Shown one piece after another: positions 14,030 to 30,831 of a DNA stretch of 64,000 nt. The translations under genes were made by a program, and so were the position numbers. Under the pieces are notes generated by a model. The model had not been told where the DNA came from and ran no database searches. It saw nothing but the letters and a program-made list of their open reading frames with translations. The stretch lies in assembly GCF_009914755.1 (NCBI RefSeq), contig NC_060936.1. The stretch is one strand, 5' to 3'. How positions within the stretch are numbered: the stretch's first letter is position 1; every line of letters starts with the position of its first letter. This DNA is from the human T2T-CHM13v2.0 reference genome, Homo sapiens.

Positions 14030-14435
14030 CATACAAATAAAGGTCATCTCCATTCAGAGTAGTCACTTTCAGAGACTAGTTTCAAGTTGCCATCCCACAA
14101 AACAATTTTGGAACTCCTCTTTTCTAACCACTTTCTTAGCTACCTCATAAATGACAAAAGAAGAAACAGTTTCACCCCTGCGGTCACTGCTTATTTATAC
14201 TAAAAATGGCCTTCTTCATTTTGATCCTTAATTTTATGTGTGAGACTTGGTTCAGAAAGACTTGCCACCTTTTCCAAATACCAAATACCAAATCCATTCT
14301 CAAAAGATATAATTTGTCACCACAGAATGTAGGTTAAAAGAATGAGGTGAAAGACAGTAAAGAAATGTCAAATGCATTATTCCAAAAGTGTTTGTTGAAC
14401 AATAGTGATATTATTGAAATAAGGTAACTTTGAAC
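14030..14435. mobile_element. MARNA-like mariner fossil
   Basis: TTTTGGAACTCCTCTTTT, GACTTGG and CAAATCCA..CTCAAA segments resemble recalled MARNA consensus. Confidence 0.6.
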
Positions 14436-14664
14436 ACACTGACCATCTCTTAGAGAAACACATAAGTTCTAGAATAATAATTTTAAAACTGGTCATATTT
14501 CTACTTTGGCACAACTCATAGACATGCCTGATACCTGACTTCTGATTTTCCTGAATGACGCATGCTATAAAGCAAAAGCACATTTATTATAAACTTCAGA
14601 TTAAGAAATGTAACAAATTTTAAGAATAAGATCCGATGGTCTAATATAAACAACATGGCTTGGG

Positions 14665-14990
14665 TGGCAGTATGTTATACTAAAAGAACTTAACAGCTAT
14701 AGAGTGAAATAGGCGAAGGTTCAACTTCTCACTTAGCTCCTTAGCAGCAACATGACTGAACATGTTACTTAAACACTGAGTCTAAAAAAAAAAAACAGGA
14801 ATAATTCCATCTGTAAAACAGTTAGAATACCATCTATTTATTTCAGAGCTATTACAAGGATTACATAATATACTACCTGATTGGAATTTTAGCCTCTCTA
14901 AAGAATCTAAAAGGCCATTGGTTCCAAACTCTCCATTTTACTAGGACCCAGAGAGAGTAAGTGGTTTGCCAAGGTCACACAGTTACTTAC
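14665..14990. mobile_element. MIR fragments (one in each orientation)
   Basis: MIR core CATCTGTAAAA and GCCAAGGTCACACAG. Confidence 0.7.
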
Positions 14991-15868
14991 TAGGAAAGAT
15001 AACACTTCTTGCAGGTTTATTTTCCCAGTGCATCTGTTCTCTAAATCAGTCAGCATTTGTGATACTAGGTCGCATTGTGACAAGGGTGTCTCAAAGAGTA
15101 ACTCAAGGCCTCTTAAAGATAATGCTTGCAAATATGATACTGGCAACCATATATTAATAATTTAGTCCTATACACTAAATGTCTGTTTTTAAAGTTAGAT
15201 ATTTTAAGTTACAGCTAAAACTACCCTGATTCTATGTAAATTTTGACCATTTTCTTGAAAGGTTATTTTCTAAGAAAAATATGAACACTGTTCTAAGATA
15301 CTAGAAAAAAATTAATGAATTTCTCATTTATTAAGTATGATATCTGGTTATAATAAACCAGAAAGGTTTGCCCAGTTTTCTACAAGTAAAAAATCATCCC
15401 CATACTTAAGCTGACGGTTCATTACTAAGGATCAAAGCTTGAAATGCAAGATCTACAGTTAATTCAAGACAGTCTCAAGGAATTTTATTACTGATATTCA
15501 ATCCCAAAAGAAATTTATTCATATTTCAATACAGACTAAGAATGGCTATCTTGGGCATGAAACAAAAATGAGCATCTGAGTGCCTAACTCTGCCCAGGAT
15601 GCTTCTGGGTTTTGAATTCTAAGTATAAATTACCACAACCAGAGGAGTCATCATCTCTAATTTACAATGTAAGTAACCAAGACACTTAATTACACTTCTC
15701 TATGCCTATTCAAACAGGAACTGTGAAAACCAACATAATTTGTGAATTAAGAATAACTACCAAAAAATGAGAAACTATGGAGCTAACTCTTATATTGAAA
15801 GCCTGTTCCTAAAGACTCTGATCAACGTGACAAGGAAAAAATTCTTAGTGATTATTTTTAAAAACATA

Positions 15869-16108
15869 CAGAGTTGACCCTTGAATGACAAGAGTTTGAA
15901 CTGCATGGGTCCACTTATACACGGATTTTTTTCGGCCAAACAAGGACTGAAAACACTGGATTCGTAAGATGTTAAAACCACACATGTCGAGGGCTGACAT
16001 TTACAATACGCAGGTTCCGCAGGGCCAGCTACGGGACTTCTATGCACGGATTTTGTGTTACGTTGGGGGTCCTGGAACCAATTCCCTGCTTATAGCAAGA
16101 AACATCTA
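15869..16108. mobile_element. MER8 (TcMar-Tigger MITE)
   Basis: GTTGACCCTTGAA...GGGTCCACTTATA...GGGGGTCCTGGAACCAAT; TA flanks. Confidence 0.85.
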
Positions 16109-17999
16109 TATTTTCTGCATAATCAAAATGTCAAGGAAATGCTAATTTCTACTGTTTACTATTAACCTCTATTAATGAATTATGAAGAAGCTCCTCCAAA
16201 ATAACCAAATAAACAAAATCTTGCTAGTTAAAATGCATGTTAAATTTATGTTAAACAATCAACCTCTTAAATGGATCTCTGTTTTTACAGAGAAATCTTC
16301 CCTCAGTAATGACAGGGTATTTTTTTAAATTCCTACAACCTAATCATAAATTCTTGGGAAAATAATAAGAGCCATCATTTCCCAAATAATCAAATATTAT
16401 AAAACATTCAAAGTATTATCTATATAATGCTGAAGATTCTATTTTCTAGCAGCATTATTAAGGTATTGCTGACATATAAAAAAATTATACATATTTAAGG
16501 TGTACAATCTGATGTTTGAAGATTCTATTTAAAATTTCAGGGATAGCAAAAAAAAGTATCAAAATTATAAACATAATAGAAGGAATAAAGGATTCAATCG
16601 GTCAACAAGAAATTAATCATGACAACTGATATCTGAGAGGGAAAATGTTTAGAATACCTGTAAAAAATAAAGCATGAGGTATATAACCACTTGATTCTAA
16701 AAGTTTCTTGATCTAAAATCAAGAGTTAGTTTCACAGAATATAGAGAAAGGTAACAAGATCATCAGTAATCAGTCCACTACATTAGAAAATATTTAAAAC
16801 TTTGACTTCCTGGACAATGAGCAAATTTAAAAAAAATGTAAAGGGGCCAATTATTTTCTAAGCTACTTTAAATTTCAAACAAGTACAGTATTTACTATGA
16901 AAGTTCTATAATACCTTATATAATCAGGCCAAATTTGGGGATTTAAGCCTTCCAAATCACAACCCCTCTGACAGGATTTTCAACTTCAAAGTAGTCAGCA
17001 TTTTTTAAATCTGGCGTGTAAAAACCTCTGACTGCAGGAGAATTACGACTCCAATTACAAAAGACACACATTCCAATAGTCAAAACCATAGCTGTAGAAG
17101 AAAGAACTTCAAAATCTTATGAGAAAAGAATTGAAAACGATTAAACAAGATTAAGAGCAGAATTAAACAAGATTTGCATTCTGCCAATGCAGAAATATCA
17201 CAGAAGAGAGGGAAATTAGATGAATGTATTTAAATTTATTTACCCAGGTTAATTTACAATAGTATTCTAAGCTCAATCAATATGGAGCCTGAAGATTATG
17301 AAAAGGAGTATGGGAAAAGAAGTAAAAGACAAGTTTAAAACAATGCTAGGAACAAAAAAACAAAAAATACAAAACAATAAAAAAGAATAAAACAATGCTA
17401 GCAAATTTTTATGAGTAGAAAATGAAAGGAACAAATGAAAATTAAGGCTTCCAATGAACTTGCCAGGCAATCTAAACTCAACATTTAAAGTACCAAAGAT
17501 AACACAGAAGACAAGGAAAAGCAATGGAGGAAAAAATATCAACTACTGAACCAAAGTAGCTATCACACATGAGGCAGAGAAGTAAATGAAAAAGAATAAC
17601 TCCTCACCCATCTAGATACACTTGAGAAACAGAACAAAAGACTTCCAAATAATTAAAATGCCACAAGGGTCATGTGTTTAAAGCTAAAATGCCATTCCCT
17701 GGAGCAAAGTCACTATTTTACACACAATTCTAAACAGTCTCATTCAGTTTCCAAGTAGCAAACAAGAAATGGCAAGATAATCATAACAACATGCAAGTTG
17801 GGGTAGGGGACAACGAAAGGGGAAACAAAAACTATGAAGCAAGCAAGAATTCAGAGTTCAAGTTTTAGGACCAAGCGGCATAAAGGCACAAACAACTATA
17901 CAAATCAATAGTGAAGGGACATAAGTGTATTTTAACACTGTATCATGATCATCATAATTTCTATGAATAAATCTGCATTAACAAAAAAATAGTTCAATA

Positions 18000-20400
<2,401 letters not shown>

Positions 20401-20417
20401 CGTGTATTTGTTTAGGC

Positions 20418-20635
20418 CAGGGGTGTCCAATCATTTGGCTTCCCTGGACCACACTGGAAGAGAAGAATTGTCTTGGGCCACCCATAAAATACACTAACAC
20501 TAACAATAGCTGATGAGCTTTAAAAAACAAAAAAATCTCCTTATGTTTTAAGAAAGTTTATGAATTTGTGTTGGGCCGCATTCAAAACTGTCCTGGGCCG
20601 TGCGCAGCTCACCAGCCAGGGATTGGACAAGCTTA
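20418..20635. mobile_element. MER30 (hAT-Charlie)
   Basis: CAGGGGTGTCCAATC...TTGGACAAGCTT; imperfect 8-bp TSD GTTTAGGC/GTCTAGCC. Confidence 0.9.
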
Positions 20636-20748
20636 GTCTAGCCAATAAAAAGTACAGCTACTGGTTTAGAAGAAATAATCACAAGGTAATAAATGGAAAA
20701 TTCAAGTAATTTCTAAAGCTGATAAAGAGAAAGGTGAATCAACATTAC

Positions 20749-20990
20749 GGCTGGGTACCAGGGTTCATGCCTGTAATCCCAACATTTTGGGAGGCAGGAG
20801 TTCAAATTCAGCCTATGCAAAATAGCGAAACCCTGTCTGTACAAAAAAAATAAAGTAGCCAGCCACAGTGGCACAAACCTGTAGTCCTAGCTACTGGGGA
20901 AGGTGAGGCAGGAGGATCCTTTGAGCTCAGGAATTCTGCACTCCAGCCTGGAGTGCAGGAGACAGGAGGAGACTCTGTCACTCAAAAAAT
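20749..20990 (+). mobile_element. Internally deleted AluJ
   Basis: Diverged Alu arms with deletions. Confidence 0.8.
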
Positions 20991-21228
20991 AATACAGACA
21001 TATATATAGTATATCAAGGAAGAGAGGAAAACACACACACACACACTAGAAACTAGGATGTTTTATAAAAACAACATAGCTTCCTTTATTGGATATACAG
21101 AAATGAACTGCTCCCCATGAACCTTACCCAACCCCTAAAAGGGGAAAAAGTTCTTTAATTAAGGATAATAGTTTCTTTCCATTTAAAATCATTTCTTTCA
21201 GATTCACTCATTCACTCAATCTTTAAAG

Positions 21229-21437
21229 GAGTAGTTCTCTACTGAGAGTGACCTTGTCCCCAGGGAACATCTGGCAATATCTTGAAACATTTTTCATTGT
21301 CACAATTAAGAAAGATGGTACTAGCATCTAGTGAGTAGAGGCCAGGGATGGTGCTATACATTCTACAATGCACAGGAACACACAACAAAGAATTATCCAG
21401 CCCAAAATATCAACAGAGTCAAGTTAAGAAACCCTAC
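21229..21437. mobile_element. MER20 (hAT-Charlie)
   Basis: GCATCTAGTGAGTAGAGGCCAGGGATG...CAATGCACAGGA...AATTATCCAGCCCAAAAT. Confidence 0.85.
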
Positions 21438-21744
21438 TTTAAGAAAACTCTTCAGACTTGTATAGATTTTCTCTGTTCCTCATTCTTATCATGGTGACTG
21501 GGCGTAAGATAAAGCTTTCATGGGCATCTGGAGTATTATGATTAGCCTGAATACAGACCCATGGATTGCCCTGGGGATCCTCACAGGCCTCTAAGGTTTG
21601 AATATTGGCCCTCACAGAGTCACAATGGCACATGCTGATGAATATGTTGGAACAGTATCCAGAGGATCTCCTAACTTGGCCCCACCCACCTCAGCTCCTG
21701 CTGGTACGGATATTATTACAGTCTCGACTACCTCGTCTATCCAG

Positions 21745-22462
21745 TCCCTGGCTTATACTTAAGGCAACACTAGCTGCTTAACAAATAAACCCCAGATTTT
21801 CGGTAGCTTCACACAATTAAAATTTCTCATTAATATTACAATCCATTGTGGGTATTCCTATTTGGTACACAAATTTCTTTCACATGGTAAATTTAGGGAC
21901 TGTAGAACATTCCAATCTTATGGTTTTACTATCCCTTAAGAGCCTAAACCTCTGCATCTGGCCCTTGAATTAGAAAAGAGAAGGTGAAGAAAGAATACCT
22001 ATTTTTTCTGCCACTTCAACCCAGAAGTGACAACAAATTGATTTCTATTCACATTCACTAGTGAAAAACTAGTGGCAGGCACAGTGGCTCACACCTGTAA
22101 TGCCAGCACTTTGGGAGGCTGAGGCGGGCAGATCGCTTGAACTCAGCAGTTAGAGACCAGCCTGGGCAACATGGTGAAACCCCATCTCTACCAAAAATAC
22201 AAAAAATTTGCCAGGCACGGTGGCACATCCCTGTAGTACCAGCTACTCGGAAGGCTAAGGCACAAGAATCACTTGAGCCCAGGAGGCGAAGGTTGCAGTG
22301 AGCCAAGATCCTGCCACTGCACTCTGGCCTGAGCAACAGAGCGATACCCCATGTCTCCAAAAAAAAAAAAAAAAAAAAAAAAAAATGTTGCAAGCAAGAG
22401 GGAGCACAAATTTTTGTGGGCAATGAAATGAATCTGCCCTTCCCACAACCTCTGTCTACTAC
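21745..22462 (-). mobile_element. Old MaLR LTR (MLT1K-like) interrupted by an AluJ at 22075-22385 (+)
   Basis: MLT1 motifs (CTAGCTGCT.AACAAAT, CCAGAAGTGACA); full Alu with long poly-A. Confidence 0.65.
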
Positions 22463-23310
22463 ATGGTCCCTCCCTCACAATAGCAGCCTAATGACAGGCT
22501 TCCTGGCTCTCACTCTACTAACTTCTATTTCCTTCACTAGTCATATGTGAGAACATCCAGATCTCTTTCAGACCATGTAAGAACCATGGAAAACTCACAG
22601 AGTGCTATCTCTGGCCCCCTCTCTGCTTAAATATGCCATTTTCTTCCCTTTTGGCCACCCCAAGTCAGCATAGGGCCAGTGCAATAGGCTAGTAAGTGGC
22701 TGTACCAGTTCTGAACTTTGGCAGTCTGGCTCCAGGGTTCGTGCTATTCTGCCTCTCCAGATTTCTAAAATAGGTGATAAGACAGAGCACTTCCATTACT
22801 ACCAATGGATATTTGTAAAGCACCTACATCTTGCAAAACAGCCTAGAACTATTACAAACTCCACACTATGATGCACAGCACTGCTTTTCTTTACTTCCAA
22901 ATTGCTGATCTTACAAGTTATTATAATCATAACAATGCACAAAATTACACACTAAGCAAAGCTAGTCTCCAGAAGTCCCTCATCCTACTCTCCACTTGAA
23001 CAATGTACCTGTGCCCTCACATCCAAAGCACCCCACCTCATTACTCTACCCGGTAATAATGTTACTTAGATTGAACTTCTCTCTCTCCAGATCTACCATA
23101 CTTCCATCCCATCAAAATATACCAACATAGATAGATTCCATAATTTCCACATGGGCCCCAGCCTTCCTTGTAAAAAATTATGTAATCTGACAAACTATTC
23201 CTGCTAATATGTAGGCATTTGGCAGCCAAAAAGCAAAAATTACCTTACTGGTGGTCATCTCAACAGGACAGATTTCAACTGTACAGATCTGTGTCCCTCA
23301 AATATCACTA

Positions 23311-23930
<620 letters not shown>

Positions 23931-24312
23931 ACACTAAAAAAAAATGCATACCAATTCTGTGAATCAGCCTTATTCTTTAAAACTATTTTTTAATTATAAC
24001 AACTTAGCTTTAAATACTGTTATCTATTATGTTCTTTAATTTCCAGTTACTCCGAAATTCTCTGAAATTCCCCAGTGAGAAAATGGCAACTGGATGAACA
24101 ATAAAATAAATATTTGCTTTACTCTAAGTATTTTTAAGATTTAAAAATAGGATGTCAGTCAAATACAAGTAAAATGAGAGAAAAAAAATCAAGGCTATAT
24201 TCCATCTTCTTATAAAGTAAAGTGCATTTTGTAAATGACACAACTAAAACAGACTCAGGAAGATCACAAGGTCAAGACGTATCAAGAGGAGCAACTGCAA
24301 ATAAATTATACA

Positions 24313-24608
24313 AGGCAGTATATAATATGATGGTTAAAAGGATAGGCTCCAAAGTCAAAGGTCAGGTTAAACCTCAAGTTTAAATCCTTTTAGTAGGCTC
24401 TACCACCTACTACTTAACTTCTCTGTGCCTCAGGTTTAGTTCAAATCCTGGCTCCACCACTTATTTAATCTGTCAGTTGCTCAGGTTTAAAAAAAAGAAA
24501 ATAGCCTGATTGCGGGGTGGTTGTCAGGATCAAATGTGATGACATGTCAAGTACTTCTAGAGTAGTACAGTACCTGGTATATAGCAGTTGACGCACATTA
24601 GCTATTAA
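24313..24608 (+). mobile_element. MIR with internal duplication
   Basis: GTTCAAATCCTGGCTCCACCACTTA and CTCTGTGCCTCAG motifs. Confidence 0.75.
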
Positions 24609-24773
24609 TATGACCTATAACAATTTCCCTCTGAATCTATCAAGTTTTCAAAAACTCTAAATCAAAAAGCTTCTCCTTTTTATTTGAAAAAAGTCAAGCT
24701 CTGAAACCATTTCCTCTTTTTTTCAGTCCTTTTTGAATATGGAAATTAGTAGGTAACTGGCTTATCATTTGAT

Positions 24774-24837
24774 GACTCTTCTTAGTCTTTGTATAATAAA
24801 AAGGCTCAAGACTCTTCTTAGTCTTTTTATAATAAAA
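24774..24837. repeat. 36-bp tandem duplication
   Basis: GACTCTTCTTAGTCTTT(G/T)TATAATAAAA twice. Confidence 0.9.
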
Positions 24838-26370
24838 TTCTCTTCCAAATATTATACAAAGGACAGACTGCTCCATGGATCAAAAACACTACAAAGAGTT
24901 CACAAAGTATAATGAAATTCTGAGATTCATAAATGAACAGCTACTGGCACAAAAAGCTTAGATAAGAAATAATGCAGATGTCTGTTTGTTTGCTCAAGAA
25001 ATACTGAATTTTATAATAAAACACAGATGGTAGAGATCTTCATGGCTTATAGTCACATCACTAAAAACAGAAAATATTTTTGGTAAATTTTTTCTTAACA
25101 ACCAGAAAACCCCTTATTTCATCACAACAATGAATAGATAAATGACATTACAGGCAAAGACAATTTCTTCAAAAACAAATTACGTAGAGAAAAAAAGCTT
25201 AAAGGCTCAGATTTTCAGCTACACATATCCCTTACTTTGAGCTTCAAAAATTTGAGGCTTCTAGCACTCCTTGTGGTCTGTAACATTAAGCAGTAATACA
25301 ATTAGGCCTCATTTCTACCAGAAAACATTAAACTGACTGAAAGAAAATTATCTAGAATTTTGATTCTGATCAATTTAAACATAATGCCATGAGTCATCTA
25401 GATGAGTCAAGCAAATATTAGAGTTCATGATAAACGAATCAAAATATGTTTTAAAGATCTGCAGACAAACGTTTTAATAATTTTGTATTTGCTGAAGTCC
25501 TCCTATGTGTGACACATTGAGGTAGGCACATTCATATTGAGGTATGCACTTTCACATGCATTATATAACTTTGTTCTCCCAACGATCATGGATTATTATC
25601 CTGATTTTACAAATGAGAAAACTAAGACCAAGTGATTGGCCGATGGAAACGACGCTTGTATAAGATTCAGTCAGAACACCAATTCAAATTTTCTGACCCT
25701 TATTGTACTTCCAAAACTCAAGTACTGTCAATCTCTGCTGTTGCAAAGCAAGTTAATCTTTTTATTTAGGGAGAGGTGAAAATAGAGATGGGAGAATAAA
25801 AATTCTTCATAATGTTACAAAAAAAGACTTACTGTGCTTTATCTGACATAATTTATTCAGTCTGACTTAAATGCTTTGCTGCACGTTGTCTACCCCCTTA
25901 GACACTGCTTATCTTCAGACACACAGCCCACACCAAAACCTAACTCAAGAATCACCTCCTCCAAGAAAGTTTCCCAGATTAAATGACCTGTTCCCCTTCT
26001 CCCAAGCTAACATCCTTCCTTTATCATTTCGCTGCTTGCATTTAGTTTGGACTACATTATCAGATACTCCTTTTGTTCTCCAGTCATATATCTGGAAGTA
26101 GACTTTTTTCATTCATTAACTATTGAACATTTGGAGATTCAATGGTGAGCAAAACAGACAAGGTCCTTGCTATCATGGAGAATTTACATTATCTGGATCT
26201 TCGACAAAGGTAAAAATAACAGGGTATAAGAATATGATGCTCTAGGACTAGGATTTCTTCCCTATAAGGTCTCCGAAAATAGCTCTCTCCCATGCAAGCT
26301 TGATAACACTTTTCAGGAAGAAAAATTCCTTCTATCACGCCTTCCACATGAGAATTTTATGACTTTGTGA

Positions 26371-26903
<533 letters not shown>

Positions 26904-27273
26904 TCTCAAAGGCTTTTTTATTCAAGTTGTGTTTCTGTCTTATTTGCAGGTCATTATTTGTAAGATTAAGGCAGGACCTATGTCCTCTTTGAATTGCCTG
27001 ATGCTCCAAGAACATTGCTATAAATGTTTTTAACTTTCAATATAATACAAACATTACAACATGACATTTCAGGCATTGTTATTAGGATAATATTAGGATA
27101 AAAGTTTTCCAAATTAATATTAGAAAACTAGATCTATGTACTGTATCAATTCTTTGTCTTTAATGCCTTAATTCAAGTAATCTACTTTTGAAGGATTATT
27201 TACAAACCAAAGCCAAGTTGAAATGTACTAACACTGGTTAAAATTCTGCAATTCATACTTTTAAACGAAAGAT

Positions 27274-27570
27274 CCGCCAGACACAGTGGCTCATGACTGT
27301 AATCCCAGCACTTTGGGAGGCTGAGGCGGGCGGATCTTGAGGCCAGGAGTTGGAGACCAGCCTGGCCAACATGGTGAAACCCCATCTCTAATAAAAATAC
27401 AAAAATTAGCCTGGCATGGTGGCACGCACCTGTAATCCCAGCTACTCAGGAGGCTGAAGCATAAGAATCTCTTGAACCCAGGTGGCAGAAGCTGCAGTGA
27501 GCCAAGTTGCACCACTGCACTCCAGCCTGGGATACAGAGTGAGACAGTCTTAAAAAAAAAAAAAAAAAAA
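27274..27570 (+). mobile_element. AluS
   Basis: Alu dimer with poly-A. Confidence 0.92.
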
Positions 27571-29336
27571 TCCTTTTGTAATGCATATTTTACAAATTCA
27601 TAATTTCATCATTTTTCTTAAAGCAAACTAAAACATAAATTCATTATACACAATTGTAAATTTATCCCCAAAGTGTTTTCTAAGGCTTCCAATTTTTAAA
27701 TGAACCAAGGAACTGAATATTGACAAATGTATAAGTACCCTGAATGTGTTATAAAAAACATATTTGACTGTCTTTAAAATGCAATAACATTCTAAGGAAA
27801 ATACAGTAGCATCTTTCCACAGATCAGAGATTCAATAACTATTATGATTCAATCAAAGAGAAATAAACCATGGCCATTTTTAATTAAACAGGCATTTCTA
27901 AGCACCTGTGTACACGGTATTGCTGTTCAAACGGTTGACATGGAATGTGACCGCAATAACTTGATGTCCATAATTAAAGACCCAAAAGGTAGCTTAAGTT
28001 TCATCTATTTCCTTTCTCAGCCCTTTGAGCAGGTATATTATAGTCACTCCACACACGGTTAATATAAAAAAAAAAATAAAAGTAACAAACATTTGAAATT
28101 AGTTGTACTTTTATAGAGAACAGTTTTAAATTGCATGGCCTTACTTTTCCTATTCCAACCTATTTTATAAAACTAGCATGATCTTAATAATTTCACTGCA
28201 AAACAGGTTCTAGCAAGCATAGAAACTGATCATAGCCTCTCAGCAAAATCAAGTTTAGATGAAACTCTAGGAAATTAGCAAAATTTAACAATCAATTCAC
28301 CCACGATTCTCCACAATTCTTGCTCTCTCTAGATACGAAGGGAGGCAAAAACTGTTTTAAAGGATTATTTCAAAAGCAGCACTAATTTTGGGAAAAACTT
28401 AACTGCCATGCAGGAGACACTGTATTACTACTCAGACGTCATTTAAGTCTTCTAGCAGCAGAAAGGCAAAAACATCATTAAATTTTTTATTTAATGCATA
28501 TATACTTACATTATCAGTTAAAGTTTACCCATCTGTTTACGTTGTCCAAGTTACCTATTATTTCAGAAAGCATTTAAATAAAATGAAATTAGGTTACGTT
28601 CTGCAACGCAGATGTGTCTCATAAAGAAGAGTGTTAAATGACTTTTGTGAATGGAAAATCTGCATATACTGTTGCTTCGCCTCAGCCAGTCTTGAGTGGG
28701 TGGTTCAATGAACCTAAAGCATGCTGCCTGTGAAGCTCCTTGGAACCTGATTCCACTCTTGAGAGAGGGCTTAGAAACAAACATTAAATTTAAAAGCACA
28801 GCAAAGGCTTGGCTTTCCTCCTACGTTACAAGAAGGCCGGGAGAACTGAGGCTTAGAGGAACAACACCGTGTCGCTTGGCTCTGCAAAGGCGGGTGCGGT
28901 CTGCGGTGCGCGGCACAGCCTCCTCTGGGGCTGTCACAGGAAAGAAGGAGCCTCGCCTTAACCGCACCGAGCGACAAAGCGCCAGCTCTCCTGGGCGCGG
29001 GGGCTCCCAACGAGGCCCATGCCATCAACCTATCAAACTTCAGGAGGGACAGACACCCAGGGCGGTCGAAATGCTCCAACAGCCTCCCACCCCCGTTCCC
29101 CTGCCGCGGCTTTTGTAAGGCTGCAGATGCACCTACTGTGGGCCCCTAAACACTCCACCCTGCCAGCCTTTCCAATCCCCCTACTCCAAAAGGGAACAAA
29201 GAAGCCAAAGAACTCCTCGGCGGGGGTGGCCAGGAGTCCCCGACAGCCCGAGCTCAGAACGTGGCAATAAGGGTGCGCAGTCGCCCTGAGGGGTGCGAAC
29301 CCAGCACCCCAACCTCAGGAATGGAGCAACACTCAC

Positions 29337-29711
29337 CCGTGCGGAGCTCCCAGGGAGGCGGGACGCAAGGAGCCGGTTCCTCCGAGGTCGCCGCGGCGCC
29401 GGGGTCCGAGGCCCCGTAAGCGTCTAGTCAGACCCCAACTTCTCTCGGCCGCTGTCGTCGGCGGCAGCTGGGGCGCGAGCCTGGACGAAGGGCGCTGCCC
29501 AGCGGCCGCGGAGGCACTGCCGGCTCAGCCCCCGAGCGGGGCGGGAACTTTCGGCCCCGAGGTCCACCAGCCCGGGCGGACCCCCACCTTCCCTCAGTCG
29601 GCTTGCTACCGGCAGCGGCTACTGCGGCGTCCAAAGCTAACACTACAGCCGCCGCCTGGCCAGGAGCGCGTCGCGGCCTAATGTTGTCATCCGCCGCGTC
29701 GCCGCCTTTCT
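29337..29711 (-). other. OSBPL8: Non-coding first exon (5'UTR) of a minus-strand gene, most likely OSBPL8 (oxysterol-binding protein-like 8); positions 1-29336 are its intron 1
   Basis: Lies in a CpG island and ends at a strong donor (ACGG|GTGAGT; + strand ACTCAC at 29331-29336). Sequence recalled as the OSBPL8 5'UTR. No coding exon is in the window, so the name rests on memory; TSS approximate. Confidence 0.7.
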
Positions 29712-29804
29712 GGGCACCCAGAACCGCGAAGATCCTTCACATTCTAGTGCCCTCCCCCTGCCCCGCCCGCCCCCCGGATCACGGGCTTCGGCCACGCCCT
29801 CTTC

Positions 29805-29818
29805 CCGTCACGTGACGG
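29805..29818. promoter_or_regulatory. E-box / CLEAR motif GTCACGTGAC within a 14-bp palindrome
   Basis: CCGTCACGTGACGG seen directly; matches the USF/TFEB/TFE3 consensus, ~95 bp upstream of the inferred minus-strand TSS. Confidence 0.75.
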
Positions 29819-30831
29819 TGCGCGGAGGCGGTGGTGGAGTTGCTTCCCCTGCTAGGCGGGCTCGAACCGGGCGGGAGTCACTGTCCACCTTGCTTCGCCA
29901 GGGTGTTATCGCCAGCCAGTCCCCTTCCGCATGCCCAAGGGCAGCCTCAGGAAGCGAGCCCACCACCGTCGGCCAAGCGCCTGTTGATCGGCCAGGCCTT
30001 CTGGGCCGGTCATACTGGGCCCTTCCTAACCTGAGGAGATTGCACAGTAGGGCTCCCTGGTCTGGTCAGGGCTCAGTTAGGACCCCTCTCCAGCCTTAGG
30101 CTTGGTGAAAGCTTTAGCGAAACAGAAAAAAGAACGCATCGTGGTGTAGAGTGTATGGCCTAAGAAGCATTCGGTAACTAAACTACTTGTTCCTATTTCT
30201 AGTGGCACATTAACCGTGGCATTTAATTTACTGCTTTCCTCATTAGAGGTTTTTTTTTTTTGAGGAAACGGTGTATTTCAATCATGCTGGGATGAAAACA
30301 GCCTAGCAAACTTATTTTTGTTCCTTGTTATGTTCAGGATCCTGCTGCCAGTTTTACAGTCATTAAGTTTTACAGTGTGTTAGGTTGGTGACAGTTTAAA
30401 CGGGTACGCAGGAATTTGACAGTTTGTTCCATTTTTTAAAATAAAGCCTAATTCTTGATTTTTTTTCTAATGCCTTAATTTTTTTTTCCTAATTCCTTAA
30501 CTCTAGGACTTAACCTTTTGCTTTCTTTTTTAGCCATGATCCGAAGAACCCTCTAGCCGCCTAATGAAATCCTAACTATACAGAAGTAAGGGAGGTAGAA
30601 TAAAGATCATACTCAAACCCTGATCACAATGAAGGCAAATGAGAAAGCTTTCTGTAATAATTAAATTGGGGTCATAACTCATTTTCCCTTGTAGCCCAGA
30701 ACTAAGGATTTTTTTCTTAAGCTATTCTCATCTCATTACATTTTCTTAACAAGAAATCAGAAGGCATTCTGATAAGCTGGATACATTGAAATGAATAAGC
30801 AATAGAGTTTGGCCTATATAATTATTATTAA

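Larger units (their letters stand above)
28860..30060. promoter_or_regulatory. CpG-island, TATA-less, probably bidirectional promoter
   Basis: Very high GC and CpG density against an AT-rich background; GC boxes (CCCCGCCC 29761), KLF-type GCCACGCCC (29791), C-run/G4-like tract 29750-29775. Confidence 0.93.

Noticed and set aside
28696-30099. Long ORFs in the CpG island (e.g. 28696-29118, 140 aa)
   Set aside because: Expected from stop-codon scarcity in GC-rich DNA; low-complexity Arg/Pro/Ala/Gly content and no recognisable domain.
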